DNA from: Felis catus
Taxonomy: Eukaryota
Length of the DNA stretch: 64,000 nt
Assembly (NCBI RefSeq): GCF_018350175.1
Contig: NC_058368.1
Coordinates: forward strand, 85,686,001-85,750,000
Reading direction: 5' to 3'
Shown: positions 54,541-64,000 of the stretch, in pieces
How the letters are laid out: every line of letters starts with the position of its first letter
Position numbering within the stretch: the first letter of the stretch is position 1
Position numbers and translations under genes: made by a program
Notes under the pieces: model-generated
What the model saw: the letters and a program-made list of their open reading frames with translations, nothing else
Database searches by the model: none
What the model was told of the DNA's origin: nothing

Positions 54541-55186
54541 TTTGCCTTTCTATTCTAAATTTTTACATCTCATGCTTTCCTGCTACCTCAATAGTCCATA
54601 AACAGACTAGGGAGCACTTTTCCCAGGTGACCACAGGCACCACTGTGATAAGCTAGCTTTTGCCACAAGTTTCCCTTTTTACCCTCCTCACACTAGGACC
54701 TTGTGATATTCAAATGCAGAAACTTATTTGGTCTTTATTTTATGTGTCCCACATTCAGTCCACTAAGGATACATGCCCATAAGCCTTCCACTGTATAGAC
54801 TCTCAAACTGCTTAGCTTATCTGCCTCTGGCACTTCCTTTGTCTTTCTCCATGAAACCCCTTTCATGGAATATGACTGTTTCCCTAGGACATATGGAAAA
54901 AAAAGGAAAAAAGAAAAAAAAAAGCTTTGTTTTCCAGAAACTCTCCCGTATCCCTTCTGGTGGCTGTACCTGATTGAACATTTTATTAAAGAACACAAAA
55001 CAGCAAATGTCCAAATTCACAAATTTATATATTACATATGTGCATTTTTATATATCAATTTTACCTCAATAGAGCTAATTTTAAAAATAATACTTCAAAG
55101 AATATAATAAACATTTTTTAAATTATGTCTCAAGTTAATTAAGTAATTAATTAAACAAATTTATTTTCTAATATACTAACGATTCC

Positions 55187-55383
55187 TTTTTTAAGTGTAT
55201 TTATTTATTTTGAGAGAGAGTGTGTGAAAGTGGGAGGAAAAAAGAGATAGGGAAAGAGAATCTAAGGCAGAAGCCATGCTGTCAATGCAAAGCCTGATAC
55301 AGGGCTCAATCTAAGATCTGAGCTGAAATTAAGAGTTGGACACTTAAGAGTGTCCAATTAAGAGTGGGACACCCAGGTGTCCC
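55187..55383 (-). mobile_element. Can-SINE
   Basis: Reverse-complement body ending cccaggtgtccc. Confidence 0.85.
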
Positions 55384-55560
55384 AGTACTAATTGCTTTCT
55401 TGTATTTTTAATAGATGTTGTTTCTGAAGTAGAGAACTCATATATATTTTTAGAATTAAATTGTGTTATTCTATTGCAAAGTATGTATATTTATATTACT
55501 TTTTACTAACAAATCCTTCGTTAAAATCCATATGAATTTGTTCTATTAAAATGTATTCTT

Positions 55561-57069
55561 GAAGAAGACCAAAGCAGGAGGCATCACAATCCCAGACTTT
55601 AGCCTCTACTACAAAGCTGTCATCATCAAGACAGCATGGTATTGGCACAAAAGCAGACACATAGACCAATGGAATAGAATAGAAACCCCAGAACTAGACC
55701 CACAAACGTATGGCCAACTCATCTTTGACAAAGCAGGAAAGAACATCCAATGGAAAAAAGACAGTCTCTTTAACAAATGGTGCTGGGAGAACTGGGCAGC
55801 AACATGCAGAAGGTTGAAACTAGACCACTTTCTCACACCATTCACAAAAATAAACTCAAAATGGATAAAGGACCTGAATGTGAGACAGGAAACCATCAAA
55901 ACCCTAGAGGAGAAAGCAGGAAAAGACCTCTCTGACCTCAGCCATAGCAATCTCTTACTGGACACATCCCCAAAGGCAAAGGAATTAAAAGCAAAAGTGA
56001 ATTACTGGGACCTTATGAAGATAAAAAGCTTCTGCACAGCAAAGGAAACAACCAACAAAATTAAAAGGCAACCAATGGAATGGGAAAAGATATTTGCAAA
56101 TGACATATTGGACAAAGGGCTAGTATCCAAAATCTATAAAGAGCTCACCAAACTCCACACCCGAAAAACAAATAACCCAGTGAAGAAATGGGCAGAAAAC
56201 ATGAATAGAGACTTCTCTAAAGAAGACATCCGGATGGCCAACAGGCACATGAAAAGGTGTTCAACGTCACTCCTTATCAGGGAAATACAAATCAAAACCA
56301 CACTCAGATATCACCTCACGCCAGAGTGGCCAAAATGAACAAATCAAGAGACTATAGATTCTGGAGAGGATGTGGAGAAACGGGAACCCTCTTGCACTGT
56401 TGGTGGGAATGCAAATTGGTGCAGCCGCTCTGGAAAGCAGTGTGGAGGTTCCTCAGAAAATTAAAAATAGACCTACCCTATGACCCAGCAATAGCACTGC
56501 TAGGAATTTACCCAAGGGATACAGGAGTACTGATGCATAGGGGCACTTGTACCCCAATGTTTATAGCAGCACTCTCAACAATAGCCAAATTATGGAAAGA
56601 GCCTAAATGTCCATCAACTGATGAATGGATAAAGAAATTGTGGTTTATATACACAATGGAGTATGCATGGCAATGAGAAAGAATGAAATATGGCCTTTTG
56701 TAGCAACGTGGATGGAACTGGAGAGTGTGATGCTAAGTGAAATAAGCCATACAGAGAAAGACAGATACCATATGTTTTCACTGTTATGTGGATCCTGAGA
56801 AATTTAACAGAAACCCATGGGGGAGGGGAAGGAAAAAAAAAAAGAGGTTAGAGTGGGAGAGGGCCAAAGCATAAGAGACTGTTAAAAACTGAGAACAAAT
56901 TGAGGGTTGATGGGGGGTGGGAGGTAGAGGAGGGTGGGTGATGGATATTGAGGAGGGCACCTTTTGGGATGAGCACTGGGTGTTGTATGGAAACCAATTT
57001 GACAATAAATTTCATATATTGAAAAAAATAAAAAAATTAAAAGAATAAAAAAAATAAAAATAAATAAAA
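55561..57069 (+). mobile_element. Young 5'-truncated felid LINE-1 (ORF2 C-terminal part, 3' UTR, A tail)
   Basis: ORFs 55559-56338 and 56257-56676 encode the L1 ORF2p C-terminus ([15 protein letters not shown]...; [14 protein letters not shown]) with a frameshift near 56325. Perfect TSD taaaatgtattctt (55547-55560, 57070-57083). Confidence 0.97.
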
Positions 57070-57743
57070 TAAAATGTATTCTTATTTCACTGTTCACACT
57101 TGCAATGAAATGCAATACTGTGTACTTCTTTCAACTAACCTGCTGTCTGACAATTGCATGTCTTCTCCATCGGAACAATTTCCTCACAACCCTATTTAAA
57201 CATGAAGTTTCCATTTTGGAAATGATATTCAATCTTACTTCAAATACACTCACATAATAATAAAGGCATTTATTAAAGCCAAAAATATTTAATAACCCTG
57301 ACAAGTGCCATCCAAGAGATGGGTGCAACATGGCCATTAGATCCCGAAGTTTCTGATTCTTGGATCTGGCAGCAGTCGGCAGAGAGCATCCCTCAGGAAA
57401 GCAAATTGACTTTTCCCTTTAGCTTAGAAAATGTGTCACATAAACTGGGCAGATATAACAGAACATTTTTGATATATTCCTCATATTATTTACACTATCA
57501 AATCACCTTTGCATAATTAAAAGATTTTATCCTAAAGAGTATAGAAAAGGAAAGGGACATAGAAAGGCCAAGGGAAAAAAAAAGACAGAAAGAGACACTT
57601 ACATGAGAAAATTCTCAGGTCTTCAGGTCCATGTAATGAGAAAAGAGTTGGAGCCCTGGGAATGTTCTACGGAAGTAAAAAGAAAAGATTTCTGAGCTAA
57701 GAACTGGGGTAAAGAAAAACACCTGTTCATCTGTCCTACTTAC

Positions 57744-57827
57744 CTGAACGTGGCCAGGAAAGCAGAACTGTGAGAAGTGTCCTGATGCCCACACATAAAG
57801 GCTGCATCCCAGTTGGGGGTCTCAGTC
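57744..57827 (-). pseudogene. Distal leader (signal peptide) exon, frame intact; ATG at 57807
   Basis: Acceptor cttccag| at 57828-57834. ATG CAG CCT TTA TGT GTG GGC ATC ... CGT TCA G|gtaagt encodes MQPLCVGIRTLLTVLLSWPRS. The phase-1 donor is compatible with the IgV acceptor (G|GA = Gly). Confidence 0.68.
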
Positions 57828-57972
57828 CTGGAAGGTCATACCTCTGTCCTCCCATGAACTATCATGGATCACAGTCCTGAACTCCGGTTCACTTATATTC
57901 ACACCGTTTCTTAAACACTGTGAATGTGATTCCCAAACAGAAAATGAACTTGTTAGGCCACTCACATAGGGC

Positions 57973-57990
57973 AAAGTGAAAGCAGGAAGT
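57973..57990. promoter_or_regulatory. Candidate IRF / IRF-Ets composite element upstream of the distal leader
   Basis: AAAGTGAAAGCAGGAAGT matches the IRF core AANTGAAA plus GAAANNNGGAA, about 150 bp upstream of the leader exon. Motif match only. Confidence 0.4.
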
Positions 57991-58667
57991 AAGTGGACTC
58001 TGAACAAACTGACTCATGCTTCAAATAGTAAAGGATCAAATAAGGAAGAAGATTAAAGCAGGTTTATTGATAACACAATGAAACAATCTCCTTACAGAAT
58101 GAAGATAACTTTAACCCTAAATTCTTCATTTCAGTATGGAGATTCGTTTTATGAATTAGAACTTAAACCACTCTTTTCCTCTTTCAAGGAAAACAAAATT
58201 AGTGACATTCAAGTTCTCTTAATTGGCAGAAGTCAAACATGAACAATGTCACATAATGCAGACAGGAGTTCTGTGCACAAGTACAGAGGTTGTGAGATGC
58301 CTGGACCTCAACATCCTGAGAGAGAGGGTGTTTCGGGGATGAATTTTAATAGAGGGAGTCTTCTCCTTTCATCCTACTTTTGGGAGTAAGCATGGGAGCT
58401 ACATATTTTAGCTGTAATATATCACAAACATCATAAATCAAGAGTAAAAATGAAAAAAAATATACTAGTTACAAAACTGGGCCAAACAACATAAACAGGT
58501 CTGATTTATGGTTACTCTATGTTAGCCACAGATCATATATGGGTATATAAATACTTATTGAATATATGTACAACATCACTAGCCATAAAGAAAATATGAA
58601 ATTAAACCATGATGAGATATCATTACACATCTTTTGTAACAAATTAACGTAATGGGTCTTTGTTGTT

Positions 58668-58875
58668 TTTTTTTTCATTGTTTATTTATTTTTGAGAGAC
58701 AGACAGAGCATGAGCAAGGGAGGGGCAGAGAGAGATGGAGACACAGAAACCAAAGCAGGCTCCAGGGTTTGAGCCATCAGCACAGAGCCTGACACGGGGC
58801 TCGAACTCATGAAAGGTGAGATCATGACTGGACCTGAAGGCAGACACTTAACCAACTGAGCCACCCAGGGACCCC
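58668..58875 (-). mobile_element. Can-SINE
   Basis: Full reverse-complement body. Confidence 0.93.
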
Positions 58876-59323
58876 TGTTTTGTTTTCTTTTTAAGTAACA
58901 ATGCCAATACTTGTAAAGATAAACTGGATCAATCATACATTGCTAATAAGAATGTAAAATGGTACACAGACTCTGAAAATAATAATTTTGTAATTTCTAC
59001 TAAAAATAAACATCCAAATGCCATGACACAATAATTGTAAGTGTTGAGAATATTCACAGAGATATAAAAATTATGTCCACATAAAATGTTTACAGATGTT
59101 CATAAAGCTAATTGGTAATAGTCAAAACTTTGAAATACTCCAAATGTCCTTCAGGGTGTGAGTCATTAATCAAACTGTGCACATATGTACTATGGTTTAC
59201 TACTTGTAATAAAAAGGAAAGTATTGGTACATAAATGAACTTGAATGGATCTCAGTGGAATTACACTGTGAAAAGTTAATGACAAAGATTGGGTACTGCA
59301 TGTGTCTATTCATATAATGTTCA

Positions 59324-59540
59324 TTTTCTTTTTTAAACTTTTAAACATTTATTCATTTTTGAGAGACAGAGTATGAGTGGGGCAGGTGCAGAGAGAGAGA
59401 GGGAAACACAAAATCCAAAGTGGGCTGCAGGCTCTGAGCTATCAGCACAAAGCCTGATGCAGGGCTTGAACTCATGGGCCTCGAGATCATGACCTGAGCT
59501 GAAGTTGGATGCCTAAATGACTGAGCCACACTGGCACCCC
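59324..59540 (-). mobile_element. Can-SINE
   Basis: Full reverse-complement body, flanked by ataatgttc. Confidence 0.93.
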
Positions 59541-60325
59541 CAAATAATGTTCTTTAAAGAACAAAATTATATAAATGGACAATAGATTAGTGCTTCACAC
59601 GTGTTAGGAACTGGAAATGGGTTTGAGGTGCAGGCTGGAAGGCAAATGTGACTCTAAAGGGGTAACCCAAGACATTTTTGTTGTGAATGTACTTTTCTAT
59701 TTCTTGGTTGAGGTTGTTACCCAAATTTACACATGGAGAAAAATTTCATAAAACTACTCTCTCACACACACAAACACACATGCAAAATGTGTATAGCAAC
59801 TGGAACAGTTTAATAATTTTTGTGGATTATAGTCAATTCAATTTCCTGGTTATGATATTATGCTGGTGTTATACAAAATATTACCACAGAGGGAGACAGA
59901 GGAAGCGATTTCTCTGTATTATTTTTTCTACTTTTCATAAGTTTATGGTTATTTAAAAATTTTTAAAAGTTTAAAATTCAAAATTAAAGAAGTACAAAGT
60001 CATAGTAAAATTACTGATACTAAATAATAGGTTGATTTTATATGTAGGAAAGAAATGTCGTCACATGATTAGATACACTGTAATGTATGGTATGGAAAAA
60101 TAAATTAGCTTTCTGTAAAATGTGTGTCATTTAAAATAGTAAGAATAAAATAGGAGTTATCAATAAAATAAAAAAAAAACTCACTGAAAATAAAGCACAT
60201 GAATGCTTAAGACAGAGAACTAGAAGGCAGGATAACAGATTTCAAAGAAAAATCTCACATATTAATATAAAAAGGCATAAACATAAGGATAAATAAATAA
60301 AATACTGTTAAAAAGAATATCTTCT

Positions 60326-60510
60326 GGGGAGCCTATGTGGTTTAGTCGATTAAGTGTTTCTGAGTTCCAGCCGTGAGACTCCCTGAGCTGATGTCACAGA
60401 ACATTCTTGGGATTATCTGTCTCCCTCATTCTCTGCCCTTCCCCCACTCATCTCCTTTCTTTCAATCTCCCTCTCTCAAAATAAATAAACTAAAAATTTT
60501 GAAAAAAAAA
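60326..60510 (+). mobile_element. Can-SINE (degenerate)
   Basis: Head ggggagcctatgtggtttagtcgattaag, (CT)-rich tract and tail. Confidence 0.82.
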
Positions 60511-60659
60511 ACATTTTCTAATTTCAAAAACCCTTTGCTGTTGAAGACGTTTTGGAAATTAGAAGATACTCTTGAATTATTAAATAAACATTGTATTTAG
60601 TATGTTCACTCAATTCTAAATCCGTATGACAAACTGATATTTAAAATAAATAAACTCTC

Positions 60660-62520
60660 AGGGATTCTGTTTTCCATTCTGGCATATAAGGAAGGGACTA
60701 AGAAGTCCTCACTCCCATTCTCACAACAAGAAAACAAAGTAAAACAAAAACAAAGCAACTCAAAATGAACAATTCTTCTTAGGTTCATCAGAAAGTTGAA
60801 ATCATAGGGAAAACAGCTTCCCTCAAATTGGAAAGACCAACCAGCAGATACAGAGAATCTCAGTTTACCAAAATAGAAAACATCCATGGAACTCAGGAGA
60901 AAAATTTAAACCATACCGGATGAATAGAGGAGGATTGAGATAGATAATTTTAAGAGTCAAAAACATAAAGGAAGTCCTTCATAGGGGGGCCCATACAGTT
61001 TTGTGAATTTGACCTCCAGAAGCTTTTCTCGAGTTTCATAATGAAGAATGGGGAAAACTCTCCTCTTTCATACAAACAGCAAATAGAAAAAAGTGGTCAG
61101 TTTGAAATTCCCACCAAACATCCTGTTCCTAAAAGGTTTGTCCTCAAAAAAATATTTTAGCAAAGTCCAACAAACTGGGCTTACTAGAGCTTCAGTAACC
61201 TGGGGAGGGAAATGCCCAGCTCTAGCTCCTTCTAACCATTCTGTAACACTTAAGGGAAGGGGAAGAGAGACAACTGAGAAACTCTTCTACAAACCATTGT
61301 GCAAAGTCACAGGCTCACTAAAAGATTGGAACCTAATTATACAACTAACATATGCCTTTTCTTCTAACCTTACCACCACATCAATAAGGATCTTGTAAAA
61401 TAGCAGGGGAATACAACAAAAGAAACACATGCTTCAGACCTTATTAGTCAAGTAGAAATCTCTATGGCAAGCCAAATCCAAAAGGGGAGATAACAACAAA
61501 AACAGGACAGAAATTCAGCCTCTGATACCTACAGCTAGGGCAAACAGTAGACACAGACTAACTCCTAGCTAGATAAATATAAAATTTCCTCCTCAGTGCT
61601 TTTACCTCACACATCATGCCCGGCTTTCAAGAAAAAAAGGTTACATGGCATACTAAAAGAAAGAAAAAAGATTTTGAGAGATGGAAAGAAAATCTGTATC
61701 ACACTCTCATTAAGAAGAGGTGTAGAAATAGGGGCACCTGGGTGGCTCACTGGGTTAAGCCTCTGACTTTGGCTCAGGTCATGATCTCACAGTTTGTGAG
61801 TTTGAGACCCATTTCAGGCTCTGCGCTGATGAACCTGGACCCTGCTTCAGATTCTTTGCCTCTCTCTCTGTCCCTTCCCCACTCGTTCCCTCTCTCTCTC
61901 TCTCTCAAAAATAAACATTAAAAAAAAACTTTAAAAGAAGAGGTGTAGAAATAATCAGACTAGGAATTTCAAACAAAATTAATGGGATAGAATTTCTAAT
62001 GGAAAATTTGTACAACATACAAAAAGAGATGGATAATGTAAGCAGAGATATGGAATCTCTAGGAAAGAATTAAAAAGAAATATCCTAAATCAAAAACAAT
62101 GTAACACAAAGGTAAAATGCCTTTATGGGCTCATCAATAAATTTGACATGGCTGAGGAAACACCAGTGAGTTTGACAAAAGGTCAATAGAAACTTTCAAA
62201 ATGGAAACTTAATGATAAAACATATGAGTAGCTAAGTACTGTGAGATAATTACAAAAAGGTGTTATATACATGTGATAAGAATACCAAAAGGAGAAGAAA
62301 GTGGTAAAAGAATATAAGAAACATTTGAAGAAATAATGGCTGGGAATTTCCCAAATTAATGACAGACACCAGACCACAGATAAAGGAAACCCAGGAAACA
62401 TGGAAATGATAAATACCTTAAATTACAATGAGGCATGTGATATTCAAACTGCTAAAAATCAAAGACAAATACAAAAAAAAAAACTTGAAAGAAACAATCA
62501 GGGAGGAAAAACACCTTTTA
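60660..62520 (+). mobile_element. Old LINE-1 5' region and ORF1 relic
   Basis: ORF1-like gatggataatgtaagcagagatatggaatctctagg and tttgaagaaataatggctgggaatttcccaaattaatg. Confidence 0.78.
61731..61934 (+). mobile_element. Can-SINE
   Basis: Perfect 19-bp TSD aagaagaggtgtagaaata (61712-61730, 61935-61953). Confidence 0.95.
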
Positions 62521-62529
62521 TTGTAGTGG

Positions 62530-63810
62530 AAATAGATGCCCAAGTGACTGAGCCCCTAAGGGTCCCCTTTCTCACTCTTCAAGCAGTGGTCTTATGTAGG
62601 AGATGACCTGTGGGGTCAGGAAGCACAATGTCTCTTGGCCCCCAGAGCCAGGTTCTGGTGTTGTCCATTTGTGGGATGTTTGCAAACTCTTCTTAAGGCA
62701 GGACAGCAGGTGTGACATGTTGGTGGTGGGGTTAGCACACAGTCTGGCTACAGGACGAGGCTTCAGATGCTGTGGCATGTTGGTGGCAGGGATGGCCCCA
62801 GCCTGACTATAGGACATTTGCATGACTCCTGCTCTGCAGGGAGGGTGGGGATGGATTCCTTCTTGGTGTGTTAAGTGTCTCTGGCTGCTGTGCTGCATCA
62901 GTGGGTGGAGCTCTCAACAGAACATAACCACTGGTGTTAGCAGGTAAGAGACAGAATTCCAGTGTCAGGATGGGTAAGGTAGACTGAGACCAGAAAATAG
63001 TTTCTTCTATTATCTTAGTTTCTGGGGAGAGTCCCACCCATTTCCTGTCTCTATGGCAAACACTTTAAGGTTAAATATCTCCTTTACCTCAGGTCTATGC
63101 ATTTTTCAAATTGGTGATTTATGCTGGTTTTAATTTGAGCTCTGAATGCATGGACCTTAAGCGCAGGTTTTCCAAACCCTATTGTTTTATAGTTTTCTTA
63201 AATGAAATCCCCATTGATTTTGTTTTATTTTTAAAGTGTATTTATTTATTTTGAGACAGAAAGAGTGCACAGAGGAGGGGCAGAGAGAGTGAGGGAGAGT
63301 TTCCCGAGCAGGCTTCACACTATTTGCGCAGAGCCCAATGCGGGGCTCAGTCTCAAGAACTGTGAGATCATGACCTGAGCCCAAATCGAGAGTCAGATGT
63401 AATTGACTGAATAATCCAGGTGCCTCAATCTCCATTATTCAAAATGCTTGGCGTTTTGGAGGCATTATCTTCTTTGTGCAGGATATAAGCATTGTGGTTC
63501 CTGATGTAGAGCTTGAATCACTCACTCCTCAGCAAAATTTGTATAGAAAGTGTGAGAGGAATACTTTGGTATCTCTCTTGATTGTGACACATCACAATGA
63601 GATGTAGTTTTTTTTTTTTTTCCCAAGTGAGCCCATATCTCTGTGCCTTTCCCATCTCAATAAATCATTTTATTCTTTGTGGAGACTCTGTACAATTTTC
63701 AGCTTCCTTTAAGAGGTATTATTACATGAGTAGTTGTAGATTTTTTTTTATTTGAGTGTCTGTGGGAAGAGGTGAGTTGAAGATGTTGCATCATCACCAT
63801 CTTAAACCCA
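62530..63810 (-). mobile_element. LINE-1 5' UTR fragment
   Basis: 63480-63810 resembles 34480-34760 and is the reverse complement of 42595-42700. Left boundary uncertain. Confidence 0.65.
63218..63425 (-). mobile_element. Can-SINE
   Basis: Reverse-complement body, flanked by aatc[c/t]ccatt. Confidence 0.92.
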
Positions 63811-63819
63811 ATCTCCCAT

Positions 63820-64000
63820 CGTTTGCATGCAAATATCCACTTTTCCCGCAACAATTATTGAAGAAACTATAATTTCTCCATTATGTGTTCTTGACATCCT
63901 TATAAAAATTAATTGACTCATATGTGTAAATTTATTTCTGGACTCATATTTCTCATTAATTGGTTGATGTGATTTTTTTTAATGTCATATTATGTTTGTT
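63820..64000 (-). mobile_element. LINE-1 ORF2 fragment running off the right edge
   Basis: atatccacttttcccgcaacaattattgaagaaact...tttatttctggactc is reverse-complement ORF2. Confidence 0.85.

Larger units (their letters stand above)
13821..57827 (-). pseudogene. Butyrophilin-like (BTN/BTNL family) unprocessed pseudogene: leader - IgV - IgC - TM exons, all joined in phase 1
   Basis: Four colinear minus-strand exons with GT/AG boundaries give BTN architecture. The IgV and IgC exons carry frameshifts. The exact paralogue cannot be assigned from sequence alone. Confidence 0.88.
58500..59980 (+). mobile_element. Old LINE-1 (L1M-type) ORF2 end and 3' UTR, with two nested SINEs
   Basis: Contains catcactagccataaagaaaatatgaaattaaaccatgatgagatatcattacac and aatgtaaaatggtaca. 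Confidence 0.8.

Noticed and set aside
55559..56676. 259-aa and 139-aa ORFs as a host gene
   Set aside because: They are L1 ORF2p C-terminal fragments of a 5'-truncated, frameshifted insertion bounded by a TSD.
771..63435. Recurring peptide GAWVAQSVK...SAQVMIS...DSVSPSL suggesting a repeated protein family, tRNA genes or an array
   Set aside because: It is the translated Can-SINE consensus. The heads are tRNA-derived but are not full tRNA genes, and their spacing is irregular, so this is not a CRISPR-like array.

Overview
Eukaryotic, repeat-dominated genomic DNA, almost certainly felid, judged from cat-type tRNA-derived Can-SINEs and a young L1 with a cat-type 3' end. Most of the window is degenerate LINE-1, about 33 Can-SINEs, ERV1/MER21/MaLR LTR elements, MIR/L2 relics and one TA-flanked Tigger-like DNA transposon. 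The only host-gene signal is a butyrophilin-like (BTN/BTNL) unprocessed pseudogene on the minus strand. Its parts are a leader exon (57744-57807), a disabled paralogous leader exon (47982-48048), an IgV exon (25846-26195; +2 frameshift, both Ig cysteines lost), an IgC exon (19526-19803; -4 frameshift) and an intact transmembrane exon (13821-13934). No B30.2 exon is visible in the window. The most notable unannotated structure is the ancient duplication of the leader module, in which both copies keep an IRF-type AAAGTGAAAG motif. Nearly all supplied ORFs are spurious repeat translations. I found no convincing novel biological system beyond these observations. Repeat family names come from recognition by eye, and boundaries without a target-site duplication (TSD) are approximate.
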